The notes: generated by a model not told the origin, from the letters alone. Counted from the stretch's first letter, positions 19,940 through 30,494 are shown. The stretch: 64,000 nt of DNA from an uncultured cyanobacterium (GCA_963793425.1 CAWCAG010000009.1:736001-800000), one strand, 5' to 3'. Program-made: numbers and translations.

Positions 19940-22900
19940 TTAGTTTATCTTGCTTTTTGCTGGCAACCATTCTCCAAACATCTGATTAATTTGTTCGAGT
20001 AACTTGCTTGTGGGTTGAGAGCGACCCCGAATAATTTTTGTTGCTATATTTTCAAGAAAGGATTCTAGTTGTGAATCTACTGATTTAGTATTCTGTTTTT
20101 GACAGCGACAGTCTAAAAGTAGAATTTGAGGCTTGATCTCCTTAGCCGCTAATCTCTTTAATCCTGCTACTAAACCAGGGCTAACTGTAACATTTCCTAA
20201 ATAAAGGAGGAGTAGGCTAATACTTTGGTGTTCTATTTGACTTTCTACTTCTGTCCAAGAATGAGAAAGAGAAGTTTTTAACCCTGCAGTTTGTAGATAA
20301 TGGGTTAGTGCTTGCAACCATTCTCCCCCACTACTCCCTAAACCAGAAAGTTCTAAATTAAGATGTTCTGCTGAACTTTCTTTACCCCACTCTCCAAACA
20401 CCAAAATATTCTGTTGAGGATTCATCCCCGCTGCTACTTGAATAACTTGAATTAAAGCAGGAATACTTCTCTCTTGGGAAGGAACCAAACAGGGAAATAC
20501 TGATAAACCAAGAATTTGGTTAGCTGCGTGGGTATTCTTATGGTCTAGAGTAACCAGAGGAAGGGAAGCTATGTAGCTATACTGGCTAAGACTTTGCAAG
20601 TAAGTATAGGGGTTTTCCAATTCTAAACTATCTAGGAGCATCACATCAGGCTTCCAGACACGGGCAATTATTTCTGCTTGTTCAAGGTCGTCAGCTTCTA
20701 GGATACGATAATTGAGGTGGGATGAATAACGACTCAAAGCCACTTCAAAGCTGGAGTTAACCCAATCTTCTTGATGAGGATTAGGGTTGAGTCGCAAAAT
20801 AGTTAAGCCTTTCAAGTCTAAGTTAGGAAGTTCTCCTAAACGGGCTAGACTCTTTTTCAAAGTTTGTCTGGATATGGGAAGACTCAAAAAACCGTCAGCA
20901 TTATTTTGTTCTGCTCGTTTTTTGTCTGCCCTAGTTGCTGTGACTAAAACTGGAATATCTTTAGTTTGACGATCTGCTTTAAGTAAGGTTAAAACATCCC
21001 AGCCAGATAGTAAAGGTAGCAAAGGATTAAGCAAAATAGCTCTGGGTTGTAGTTGCCGAGCTTTTTCTAGGGCTTCTGTTCCTGAACGGGCAATAACTAC
21101 GCGATAACCAAGATTTCTAAGTTGCTCTGTGGAGTCTTCGATGTATTTAGGAACTGCTTCTATGACTAGTACTAAACGATTATGATTTGTATCAAGGAAG
21201 TCTTGTTCTCTGTTTTGCTCAAAGTCATTGAAAGGAGGTGTGGGGGGCAATAACAAGGTGAATTGGCTCCCTTCTCCAGGTTGGGAGGTAAAGGAAATGT
21301 CTCCTCCATGGGCGTGTGCTAGGCGCTGGGTAAGAACTAATCCTAAGCCAGTACCTTCAAACTGTCGGCTGAGGGGATTTTCTAATTGTTGGAATTTTTG
21401 GAAAATTAAATGTTGAGAATCAGCGGGAATACCAATACCTGTATCCCAAACAGTAAAGGCAATCCAACCTTCCCAAAGACTGACTTTTAAACCGAATTCT
21501 CCCCCATTTTGTGTAAACTTGAGAGCATTGTCTAATAAATGGCTTAACATCTGACGCAGACGTAATTCATCAGCAACAATCATCTCTAATCCTGGGTCAA
21601 TTTCTAGGTTGAATTGAGCTTGCGGGCGAGGGAAATCTCCTGGGGGATTTTCAGTAGATTGTTGTGGTAAAGCTTGTTGATAAGCTCGTTCACAAACGGT
21701 TCTAATTTTGACAGCATCAGGATTTAATTTTAACTGTCCTGTTTCTAGGCGAGTTAAATCTAGGATATCGTTAACTAAGGTCATCAAATGGCGACCACTT
21801 TGGTAAACTAATCCTGCATAGCGAGCTTGACGTTGATTCAATTCTCCTAAGCGTTGCTCTTTGAGCAGACTAGACAGCCCAACTACAGCAGTGAGGGGAG
21901 ATTTCAGTTCATGGCTGATACAGGCTAAAAATTCATCTTTTAAACGATTGAGCTGAATTAAATCAGCATTCTTAGCAGCTAGTTCTTTACATAGTTGTTG
22001 CTGTTCGGTTACATCAGTAGCAACAACTAACCACAGAGGGCGGTTATATTTGCTGTTGGATGGAGCATGATAACTCTGTTTAAGATCGTGAAGGTAAAAA
22101 GGGAGACGCTCAAACTGCCAAGCTCCTTCGGCTTTAGTTTTGGTTTGTCTGGAATGAGGAGATGAATTTTCCCAATTGTGGAAACGATCTTGTCTTTGGA
22201 AGTCTCTTTCTTCTAATCTCTGTTCGTTAGCAATTTGAAAAGCGATTTGGGAAGGAGTATTTTGCTGTTCTAAAGAAGCTTCTCGATTTTGAGCTAAGCT
22301 ACACCAGCGATTGACTGCTGTTCCTACAGTTAATGGACTACGGCTATCTGGGGATGGAGCCGAAATAGCACTCAGACTAGCCATTGGCTTCAGCAATTCT
22401 TCATCATGCTGTTCACCAATTTGCGATCGCCAAGTATAATTTTGACAGAGGACTTCCCCTTCAGAGCTTTCTAACATTAAAGGAAGAGGTAGTTGTTCTA
22501 GTAGTTGGATTGCTTGGGTTAAATTAATTGGTTTTGAGGTAGAGGTTTCTGAGTTAGTAGCAGCTAGGGGTAATAAAGATTTAACTAGCAGCCAACTATC
22601 TAAAAAACCCAAAAATCGCTCCTCTTCATCTACTACAGCGTAGTTCTGATCCTCCCTTAAGCTATCTTGATTAGTTTGCAAATATAACCAAAATTCCTTA
22701 ATACTCGTCTGTGCTTTGAGAATAGTTGTTGGCTCAATCAAAGAGTTGATTGATGATTCACAAAGGTTAAATATCTTTTGCGAGTTTAGGTTTTGAGGTA
22801 AAAGTTGTTTGAGTAGATAAGGAATTAAACTATTTAGCTGTAAGGTTCCTAAGAGGGATTGCTGTTGATCAACAACTGCGACTATTTGAGATTGAGAATT

Positions 22901-22996
22901 GCTAAATATAGTCAGCAACTGTTCCAAACTTGCTGAGTGATCGCATTTAGGAACTTGCTTGATGAATTGCTTGAGAGTGAGATTAGGGCTAAACAT
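19940..22996 (-). CDS. Hybrid sensor histidine kinase with CBS-like N-terminus and atypical receiver domains
   Basis: H-box SHELKSPL, N-box LLDNALKF, DTGIGI, GTGLGL. First receiver reads ILLNPLLP, with N at the usual D position. Confidence 0.88.
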   Translation of the reverse strand: MFSPNLTLKQFIKQVPKCDHSASLEQLLTIFSNSQSQIVAVVDQQQSLLGTLQLNSLIPYLLKQLLPQNLNSQKIFNLCESSINSLIEPTTILKAQTSIKEFWLYLQTNQDSLREDQNYAVVDEEERFLGFLDSWLLVKSLLPLAATNSETSTSKPINLTQAIQLLEQLPLPLMLESSEGEVLCQNYTWRSQIGEQHDEELLKPMASLSAISAPSPDSRSPLTVGTAVNRWCSLAQNREASLEQQNTPSQIAFQIANEQRLEERDFQRQDRFHNWENSSPHSRQTKTKAEGAWQFERLPFYLHDLKQSYHAPSNSKYNRPLWLVVATDVTEQQQLCKELAAKNADLIQLNRLKDEFLACISHELKSPLTAVVGLSSLLKEQRLGELNQRQARYAGLVYQSGRHLMTLVNDILDLTRLETGQLKLNPDAVKIRTVCERAYQQALPQQSTENPPGDFPRPQAQFNLEIDPGLEMIVADELRLRQMLSHLLDNALKFTQNGGEFGLKVSLWEGWIAFTVWDTGIGIPADSQHLIFQKFQQLENPLSRQFEGTGLGLVLTQRLAHAHGGDISFTSQPGEGSQFTLLLPPTPPFNDFEQNREQDFLDTNHNRLVLVIEAVPKYIEDSTEQLRNLGYRVVIARSGTEALEKARQLQPRAILLNPLLPLLSGWDVLTLLKADRQTKDIPVLVTATRADKKRAEQNNADGFLSLPISRQTLKKSLARLGELPNLDLKGLTILRLNPNPHQEDWVNSSFEVALSRYSSHLNYRILEADDLEQAEIIARVWKPDVMLLDSLELENPYTYLQSLSQYSYIASLPLVTLDHKNTHAANQILGLSVFPCLVPSQERSIPALIQVIQVAAGMNPQQNILVFGEWGKESSAEHLNLELSGLGSSGGEWLQALTHYLQTAGLKTSLSHSWTEVESQIEHQSISLLLLYLGNVTVSPGLVAGLKRLAAKEIKPQILLLDCRCQKQNTKSVDSQLESFLENIATKIIRGRSQPTSKLLEQINQMFGEWLPAKSKIN

Positions 22997-23345
22997 AAAA
23001 AATTCACTTAAAGAAGAGACATAATCTAGCTAGGAGTAGAGAATTCCCTTCGGTTCAGAGAGTATTGAAACCTTTAAAAAAGTTAATTATTCCGCCTCAA
23101 CGCTACAGAGGCTAGTTTAAAGACAAGAATGAGTATATTTACTTTGAGTAAGAAGTATAGATATGGATCATACCCGTCTAAATTATTGCTTTAAAGAGAG
23201 GTCAAAGGGAACAAAGCTTACAATAAATTAAAATTCTTGCGATCTATCAATAAAAGTTAGTTTTTTATTAACAAAATAAGTGTTAACTTCTTATTAATGT
23301 TAATTTTTTATTAAGGAATTGCTGTTTCAAGCTTAGCTATGAGAT

Positions 23346-24329
23346 ATGGCGGATCTAGAAATACCTATAAACTCTAATACCGATAATCCTATATTGTCAA
23401 AACTATCAATTTGCGCTTTAACCAAAAAGAAAGAATTAGTCTGCTCCCTAGAAAAATACTTACAGGATGAGTATTATAACTTAAATATTTTAGGTTCATC
23501 TCAAGACTTTTTCAAGTTTGTGGAGCCAAATCAAGAGCAAATTGATTGTTTGGTTTTGCATCAAGCACCACCCTTATTTTTACTAGAGGTAACGAGGAGA
23601 TTATGCGAACTAGGAATTTTTTTACCCGCAGTAATTATCAAGCCCAATGATTTATCAGAACAACACCAAAGCCACAACCTATCTCAAAAAGCTGCCGATA
23701 GCTATCCTTGCTACATAATCGATTATTATCATAGAGCCGAGGTTCAGCTACCTTTCAAGAAAGGGGATAAGATTGTTACGACTATTGAGCAGGCACTAAC
23801 TAGATTTATCAAACTTACCCCGAACAAAGCTTTACCTACTCAGTCTATTCCCTGGAAAAATATTCCCAGTAAAACCAGCCGCAAATCCCTTAAAGTCCAG
23901 CAGCAACGTTTAGCCGAAAAGTTAAAGGAAAGGTTAGGCTACTTAGGGGTATATTACAAAAGGAATCCTCAAGATTTCTTTTGTAATATACTTCCTAATC
24001 AGCAAGATGATTTATTGAAGAGCTTTTATTCTGAATACCGTCAAATTATTCTTAGCTATTTTAGCTCTGATGCTCAGCTAAACAAACTAATTGATAAATT
24101 TGTTAATAAAGTTTTCTTTGCTGACCTTTCTGTAGCCAAGATTGTCGAAATCCACATGGAAATAATGGATGAATTCTCACAACAGCTTAAGCTAGAAGGT
24201 CGTAGTGAGGATATTTTACTTGACTATCGCCTCACTTTGATTGATATTATTGCTCATCTTGGTGAAATGTATCGTCGTTCTATTCCGAGAGAAAATACTA
24301 GCTTGGAGCCTTTATCTTCAACAGATTAA
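23346..24329 (+). CDS. kaiA: Circadian clock protein KaiA
   Basis: RLAEKLKERLGYLGVYYKR and LLDYRLTLIDIIAHLGEMYRRS; full length with N-terminal pseudo-receiver. Confidence 0.96.
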   Translation: MADLEIPINSNTDNPILSKLSICALTKKKELVCSLEKYLQDEYYNLNILGSSQDFFKFVEPNQEQIDCLVLHQAPPLFLLEVTRRLCELGIFLPAVIIKPNDLSEQHQSHNLSQKAADSYPCYIIDYYHRAEVQLPFKKGDKIVTTIEQALTRFIKLTPNKALPTQSIPWKNIPSKTSRKSLKVQQQRLAEKLKERLGYLGVYYKRNPQDFFCNILPNQQDDLLKSFYSEYRQIILSYFSSDAQLNKLIDKFVNKVFFADLSVAKIVEIHMEIMDEFSQQLKLEGRSEDILLDYRLTLIDIIAHLGEMYRRSIPRENTSLEPLSSTD

Positions 24330-24478
24330 TGGATAGATAAAGATGGGGCATCATTTAATTATTTGATCATTCAAATAGTAGAAATTTACAGTGCCTCTGC
24401 AAAGTTATTTACTTAAACAATGTTCTCTTAATCTTCACCAATGTCCTTTATGCAATTCCCTTAGCTGGATCTGATATT

Positions 24479-24787
24479 ATGAGTGCGTCCCAAAAAACCT
24501 ATGTTCTTAAACTCTATGTAGCTGGAAACACACCTAACTCAGTTAGGGCCTTAAAAACTCTCAAAAATATTCTTGAACAAGATTTTAAAGGAGTCTATGC
24601 TCTCAAAGTAATTGATGTCCTTAAAAATCCTCAACTTGCTGAAGAAGATAAAATACTTGCCACCCCTACTTTATCTAAAGTCTTGCCCCCACCTTTAAGA
24701 AAAATCATTGGTGATCTTTCTGACCGTGAAAAGGTTTTAATTGGTCTGGATCTTCTTTATGAAGAAATAAAAGAAAGAGATTTTTAA
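24479..24787 (+). CDS. kaiB: Circadian clock protein KaiB
   Basis: [36 protein letters not shown]. Confidence 0.98.
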   Translation: MSASQKTYVLKLYVAGNTPNSVRALKTLKNILEQDFKGVYALKVIDVLKNPQLAEEDKILATPTLSKVLPPPLRKIIGDLSDREKVLIGLDLLYEEIKERDF

Positions 24788-24886
24788 AGTCAAGCGATTC
24801 AAGCCATTTATTTTCTTAATAAAATCAAGTTATTAAACATCAATTCATTAAATTACGAATCATAGTTTAAGATTGTTATTTACAAA

Positions 24887-26446
24887 ATGAGTAATTCTAG
24901 TCAAGAGCAACCAAAAAAAGATTTAGCCTCTTTGGGTGTCCAAAAAATTCGGACAATGATTGAAGGCTTTGATGAAGTTAGTCATGGTGGCTTACCATTA
25001 GGTAGAACTACTTTGGTTAGTGGAACTTCGGGAACAGGAAAAACCCTTTTAGCTGCTCAATTTATTTATATTGGTATTAAGTATTTTGACGAGCCAGGAA
25101 TCTTCGTCACCTTTGAAGAATCTCCTAGAGATATTATTAAAAATGCCTATAGTTTTGGTTGGGATTTGCAAAAACTTGTTGATGCAGGCAAATTATTTAT
25201 TCTTGATGCTTCTCCTGATCCAGATGGGCAAGAAGTAGTTGGCAACTTCGATCTTTCTGCTTTAATAGAACGTATTCAATATGCAATTCGTAAGTATAAA
25301 GCTAAGCGAATTTCAATTGATTCAGTAACAGCAGTTTTTCAGCAATATGATGGTGCTTCTGTAGTCAGAAGAGAAATATTTCGCTTAGTAGCTAGACTTA
25401 AACAAATAGATATAACAAGTATTATGACTACTGAACGAGTAGATGAATATGGAGGAGTTGCTCGTTACGGAGTAGAAGAATTTGTTTCTGATAATGTTGT
25501 CATTATGCGTAACGTTTTAGAAGGAGAACGCCGTCGCAGAACTGTAGAAATCTTAAAGTTAAGGGGAACTACTCATATGAAAGGAGAGTACCCTTTTACT
25601 ATCACTAATAATGGCATTAATATCTTTCCTTTGGGTGCTATGCGCCTTACCCAAAGATCCTCTAATGTACGTCGCTCTTCCGGTATTAAAATCTTAGACG
25701 AAATGTGTGGCGGCGGCTTTTTCAAAGATTCAATTATTTTAGCTACTGGGGCAACAGGTACAGGCAAAACTCTATTAGTCAGTAAGTTTTTGCAAGAAGG
25801 TAGAGCCAAAGAAGAAAGGTGTATTTTATTTGCCTATGAAGAATCGCGGGCGCAACTTTCTCGCAATGCTTCTTCTTGGGGTGTAGATTTTGAGGAAATG
25901 GAAAATAAGGGTTTATTAAAACTCCTTTGTTGCTATCCAGAATCTGCTGGCTTAGAAGATCATTTGCAAACTATTAAGTCAGAAATTGCTAATTTTAAAC
26001 CTTCTCGCATTGCTATTGATTCTCTTTCTGCTCTAGCACGAGGAGTTAGTAATAATGCTTTTCGACAGTTTGTAATTGGAGTGACTGGCTATGCTAAACA
26101 AGAAGAAATAACCGGATTTTTTACTAATACCACAGACCGTTTTATGGGGTCAAATTCTATCACTGAGTCCCATATTTCTACAATTACAGATACGATTATT
26201 ATGTTGCAATATGTAGAAATCAGAGGGGAAATGTCTAGGGCAATAAACGTATTTAAAATGCGTGGTTCCTGGCATGATAAAGGCATTCGAGAATATACAA
26301 TTGACAAAGATGGACCACAAATCCAGGATTCTTTCCGTAACTACGAACGGATTATTAGCGGTTCTCCTAGTCGTATTACTGTTAACGAAAAGTCGCAATT
26401 GTCGAGAATAGTTAGGGGCGTTCAAGGTCAGAATTCAGAAGATTAA
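24887..26446 (+). CDS. kaiC: Circadian clock kinase/ATPase KaiC
   Basis: Two Walker A motifs (GTSGTGKT, GATGTGKT); phosphosite region SHISTITD. Confidence 0.98.
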   Translation: MSNSSQEQPKKDLASLGVQKIRTMIEGFDEVSHGGLPLGRTTLVSGTSGTGKTLLAAQFIYIGIKYFDEPGIFVTFEESPRDIIKNAYSFGWDLQKLVDAGKLFILDASPDPDGQEVVGNFDLSALIERIQYAIRKYKAKRISIDSVTAVFQQYDGASVVRREIFRLVARLKQIDITSIMTTERVDEYGGVARYGVEEFVSDNVVIMRNVLEGERRRRTVEILKLRGTTHMKGEYPFTITNNGINIFPLGAMRLTQRSSNVRRSSGIKILDEMCGGGFFKDSIILATGATGTGKTLLVSKFLQEGRAKEERCILFAYEESRAQLSRNASSWGVDFEEMENKGLLKLLCCYPESAGLEDHLQTIKSEIANFKPSRIAIDSLSALARGVSNNAFRQFVIGVTGYAKQEEITGFFTNTTDRFMGSNSITESHISTITDTIIMLQYVEIRGEMSRAINVFKMRGSWHDKGIREYTIDKDGPQIQDSFRNYERIISGSPSRITVNEKSQLSRIVRGVQGQNSED

Positions 26447-26516
26447 AGCTCGAAAAAAAGTAACAACTAATTAGTCCAGAATTAAACTTATTACTTAATT
26501 ACCTATTACTTAACAT

Positions 26517-27002
26517 TTACTCTTCTTTTCTCGGAATTTTACGCTTTTTGTGACTCCAGCGCCGTAACATTTGAGCAACAGAACGCGCTTCACGTTCAGC
26601 CTTAAATATATCAAGATGACGAGATACTAAAACAAAGTGACCATTACTTTTTGGTTTAATAGTGGGGATTTGAGTATGAGAATATTCACAAATACTAACG
26701 CGCTTTCGTTTACTTTGATGGGGACTGAGATAATGATTAGACAAGTCAACGTAATCAGCGATCGCTTTTAAACGCAAAATAGCTTTTTCTAGTTCAGAAG
26801 ATAATAAATTAACTTGCTGTGCTTGACTTTTCAACTCTTTCAAGCTGAAGTCCAGTCGCTGTTTTGCCGTAGTACCTCTTTGTACTGCAAATTTTTCTAT
26901 GGGTAAAGACTGAATTACTTGAGAAGAAGACAGCCGAAAGGTCTTTGTTTCCTCCTTATTGAAGTCAAAAAGGTCGGGTTTCTGTGGACAGACTACTTTC
27001 AT
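26517..27002 (-). CDS. Hypothetical coiled-coil protein
   Basis: 161-aa ORF with a TATAAT -10 and LexA-type palindrome upstream; no recognisable domain. Confidence 0.7.
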   Translation of the reverse strand: MKVVCPQKPDLFDFNKEETKTFRLSSSQVIQSLPIEKFAVQRGTTAKQRLDFSLKELKSQAQQVNLLSSELEKAILRLKAIADYVDLSNHYLSPHQSKRKRVSICEYSHTQIPTIKPKSNGHFVLVSRHLDIFKAEREARSVAQMLRRWSHKKRKIPRKEE

Positions 27003-27030
27003 AATTAATGCGGAGGTAGTTACAGATCAC

Positions 27031-27050
27031 ATTATAGTACCTGTGTACTA
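27031..27050 (-). promoter_or_regulatory. LexA-type operator TAGTAC-CTGT-GTACTA overlapping a TATAAT -10 element
   Basis: Perfect inverted arms at 27035-27050 matching cyanobacterial AGTAC-N4-GTACT. Minus-strand TATAAT at 27036-27031. Confidence 0.7.
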
Positions 27051-27129
27051 GCTACTTGCCAGAATAATTGTTAAGTTTGATAACAAGGATGATTACTAAC
27101 CAAATTACTGTTGCCGTAGACTTAACTAC

Positions 27130-27615
27130 TCATTGATTTTTAATTCTACGTTGGGCAAACCAACTTTTTAATTGATTGCGACATTCGGCTTCTCTAACCC
27201 CCGCGATCACTGCCAAACGGTGGTTAGAAAAAGGACTGTCAGGAAAGTTAGCGACAGTGCGAATGCTTCCTGTTTTTGGGTCATCTGCCCCGTACACAAG
27301 CAAACCTAACCGTCCTTGAATAATTGCCCCTGCACACATAGGGCAAGGTTCTAGGGTCACATATAGGGTACATTGGTTAAGATGCCAGTTACCTAAACGT
27401 AAAGCGGCTGAACGTAAAGCCAAAATTTCTGCGTGGGCCGTAGGATCTTGCTCTTGTTCCTTGCGGTTTCCTGCTTCAGCAATAAGCTTTCCTGCCCCAT
27501 CTGTTACTAATGCGCCCACAGGCACATCCCCCGCTTCACCAGCTTCTCTAGCAAGTTTTAAAGCCCTGGCCATCAAACGTCTATGAATTGAATAGGTGAC
27601 TTCATCTGGTAGCAT
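27130..27615 (-). CDS. tadA: tRNA adenosine(34) deaminase
   Basis: DVPVGA, TAHAE, TLEPCPMC. Confidence 0.93.
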   Translation of the reverse strand: MLPDEVTYSIHRRLMARALKLAREAGEAGDVPVGALVTDGAGKLIAEAGNRKEQEQDPTAHAEILALRSAALRLGNWHLNQCTLYVTLEPCPMCAGAIIQGRLGLLVYGADDPKTGSIRTVANFPDSPFSNHRLAVIAGVREAECRNQLKSWFAQRRIKNQ

Positions 27616-27644
27616 TGATTAAATTAATGATCAACAATTGGCAA

Positions 27645-27953
27645 CTAGCCATCAGTCAGTAAAGATTGTAACTTTCCTTGGCTATCTAAAGCATAGAGGT
27701 CATCACAACCACCAATATGTTGGTTATTAATAAAAATCTGCGGTACGCTCCTTTTCTGATTAGCACGTTGGGCCATTTCGTTTCTGGCTTCTTCATCGCC
27801 GTCAATTTTGTATTCTGTGAAATTAACACCTTTCCACCATAAGAGCATTTTGGCGCGAATACAAAAAGGACAAGTTTGCCAAGTATAGATTTCTACATTG
27901 GCTTTAACTTGTTCTGGATGTCTGTTGAGAAGGGAGTTGAGAAATTTGAACAC
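27645..27953 (-). CDS. grxC: Glutaredoxin 3
   Basis: CPFC active site, SVPQIFI, GGCDDL. GTG at 27953 is the likely start. Confidence 0.88.
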   Translation of the reverse strand: MFKFLNSLLNRHPEQVKANVEIYTWQTCPFCIRAKMLLWWKGVNFTEYKIDGDEEARNEMAQRANQKRSVPQIFINNQHIGGCDDLYALDSQGKLQSLLTDG

Positions 27954-28094
27954 TGAATTTAGCAAAGTAAATATTATTTTGTTCTTAATATAGCTTGAGC
28001 ATTGCTCTGGGAAAATTTTGATTGTCTTGATCACACAACAGGAAGAACAAAGACTGCTAAAATCGATAAAGCTTCACAGTTTTTAACAAAATAC

Positions 28095-28601
28095 ATGAGC
28101 GACATCAAACAGGCACAAGCCGCTTATCAAGATTTTACTAGGTTGTTTGAAAGTATAATTCTTAGTACTGTAGATGAAAAAGGTCAACCGAATGCTAGTT
28201 ATGCACCTTTTGTTGAAGATGATTCTAAAAGCTTTTACATTTTCGTAAGCGATCTTTCTACCCATACTCGCAATTTATCTAGTGTTGGTAAAGGAAGTAT
28301 TATGTTTATTGAAGATGAGTCTAAAAGCCAACAAATTTTTGCCCGTCGCCGCTTGACTTTTGACTGTATTGCTAAATTAATAACGAGAGAAACTGAAGAA
28401 TGGAATCAATTAGCTGATCTTTTTGAGAAACGCTTTGGAGAATTAATTGGTGTTTTCCGTAATCTAGCTGATTTTCGTATTTTCAAACTAACTCCAACAG
28501 AAGGAAGATTTGTAGTTGGTTTTGGTGCGGCTTATAAAATTAGTGGAGATGATCTTAATAATCTAACTCAGATTAAAGGTGGTGGTCATGGAAATAAGTA
28601 A
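28095..28601 (+). CDS. Pyridoxamine 5'-phosphate oxidase-like / HugZ-family protein
   Basis: PNASYAPF, LSTHTRNL, FARRRL, GRFVVGFGAAY; ATG at 28095. Confidence 0.85.
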   Translation: MSDIKQAQAAYQDFTRLFESIILSTVDEKGQPNASYAPFVEDDSKSFYIFVSDLSTHTRNLSSVGKGSIMFIEDESKSQQIFARRRLTFDCIAKLITRETEEWNQLADLFEKRFGELIGVFRNLADFRIFKLTPTEGRFVVGFGAAYKISGDDLNNLTQIKGGGHGNK

Positions 28602-28674
28602 CAACTCGCGAATAACATCAGCAAACTGGAGAATTTGAGGCTGTATAAGCCAAAAGCTTATAGGTAAAATGCTT

Positions 28675-30318
28675 TCATCTTAAACGCCCTGATCTTATAA
28701 TACTAACAATTAACCACAAACCCAAAATACTAGCTACAGCAAATAGAACGCTAGTAATTAATGATAGCTGAGGAGTTTGAGAGCCTGTAGAAATAATGGC
28801 TGCTCCCATAATTAAAGAACCGACCAAAATACTAAAAGAAAGTCGGTTAGCTGAATCATCCAGACTACGCCTCAAGGAACTTAAATCTTGTACATTTATA
28901 TTCCACTTGAGACTTTCTGAAGTGATTCTATCTAAAAGTAACTCTATTAAACGAGGCGATCGTAAAGAAAGACTTTTAATATCTAGAGTAGTTCTTAAAA
29001 AAGTTTCTAAAGGGGTATCACCTAAAAGTTGACGGCGAAATAAGTCTGTTATTAAAGGCTTAACTTCTTCTAAAAGATTCACCTTGGGGTTAAATGCCCT
29101 CGCTACGCCTTCTAAATTAGCCAAGGTCTTAGCGTACAAGCCCATATTACTAGGCAAGCGCACTTTATTATTACGCGAAACTTGGAGAATTTCGTAAAAT
29201 ACTTCGCTAAAGTTGATTTGAGATAGACTAAGATTATAGTACTTACGTAGCATTCGATCATAATCATTTTCTAACCGATCCAAACTAACAGGTTGACCAG
29301 ACTCAGCTAATTCTAGAGTTAACTGAGAGCAACGCTGAGCATCAATATCAACAATAGCTAGCAGCATTTCTGTAAGAATTTGTTGAGTGCGAGGGTCTAA
29401 ACGCCCTACCATACCGCAATCTAAAAGAGCAAGCTTTCCATTGCGAAGATAAAACAGGTTACCAGGATGGGGGTCAGCATGAAAAAAACCATCAATATAA
29501 ATTTGCTGAAAGAAAGCCCGAAACAATAAACTGGTGACTTTATCTCTTTCCTTATCCTGATTAGAGTCAGCTTGAGATAAATCAGATTGAAGCAAAGGAA
29601 GGCCTTCCAGCCATTCTAGAACTAATAACTTAGGGGTCGTTAATTCCCAGTAAACTCGTGGTACTAATATTTGCTCCGACTCAAACCATTTACTCTTAGA
29701 AAGATTAAGACTTAGTTGATCAGTATATTTGCCTTCAGTAGTAAAATCCAGTTCTGCTTTTAAAGCAGTAGTAAATTCCTCTGCTAAAGCTACCATATCG
29801 TAATCTTTACCAAACTCTGTTAGAGCAACCAACTCTGCCAAACTTTTAATTAAGGATATATCCCTATCTACAACCTCTCCAATACCAGGACGTTGTACCT
29901 TCAGAGCAACTTCTTGCCCATTAGTTAAAGTAGCACGATGAACTTGTCCAATAGAGCCTGCTGCTACAGCTTCAGTCTCAACACTGGTAAAAGTCTCTTC
30001 CCAAGACTGAGGTAATTGCTGACGGATTAAAGTTTCTACTTCTAACCAAGCTACTGGCGGTACATTTGCTTGCAAATCCGTAAGAGCATCAACATACTTT
30101 CCTGGTAGAAGATCCGGACGAGTGGAAAGAAGTTGTCCGAGCTTGACATAAACAGGGCCTAATTCGATTAGAATGTTGCGGAGAACAGTGGGAGAGGGAA
30201 GACGAGGTTCGTCGGTTTTGCTTCCGGTTAAAAGTCCTCGCATATAGTCCCAGCCATTGCTGAAAACGACTTCAAGGATTTCGCGCTGTCGAGAAGTATT
30301 TTGAGTTAAGGAAAACAT
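28675..30318 (-). CDS. ABC1/AarF/UbiB-family atypical kinase
   Basis: LGPVYVKLGQ, AAGSIGQVH, VALKVQRP, FHADPHPGN, LDCGMVG; C-terminal TM helices. Confidence 0.92.
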   Translation of the reverse strand: MFSLTQNTSRQREILEVVFSNGWDYMRGLLTGSKTDEPRLPSPTVLRNILIELGPVYVKLGQLLSTRPDLLPGKYVDALTDLQANVPPVAWLEVETLIRQQLPQSWEETFTSVETEAVAAGSIGQVHRATLTNGQEVALKVQRPGIGEVVDRDISLIKSLAELVALTEFGKDYDMVALAEEFTTALKAELDFTTEGKYTDQLSLNLSKSKWFESEQILVPRVYWELTTPKLLVLEWLEGLPLLQSDLSQADSNQDKERDKVTSLLFRAFFQQIYIDGFFHADPHPGNLFYLRNGKLALLDCGMVGRLDPRTQQILTEMLLAIVDIDAQRCSQLTLELAESGQPVSLDRLENDYDRMLRKYYNLSLSQINFSEVFYEILQVSRNNKVRLPSNMGLYAKTLANLEGVARAFNPKVNLLEEVKPLITDLFRRQLLGDTPLETFLRTTLDIKSLSLRSPRLIELLLDRITSESLKWNINVQDLSSLRRSLDDSANRLSFSILVGSLIMGAAIISTGSQTPQLSLITSVLFAVASILGLWLIVSIIRSGRLR

Positions 30319-30442
30319 TTACATCCCTATATTAGTTCCAGGCATTCTCTCAGGGAATATACCTGATTGTTATTTTAGCCGTTTTAACTAATTCTAGAAT
30401 TGTGTTCACTACCGCATTAGTTGGATAGTAATTAACTGCAAT

Positions 30443-30484
30443 AAGCAAAAGGACTTCTTTTATATAAAAGAAGTCCTTTTGCTT
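30443..30484. terminator. rrn operon terminator; perfect 42-bp palindrome
   Basis: AAGCAAAAGGACTTCTTTTATATAAAAGAAGTCCTTTTGCTT just downstream of 5S. Confidence 0.8.
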
Positions 30485-30494
30485 TCAAAAAAAG

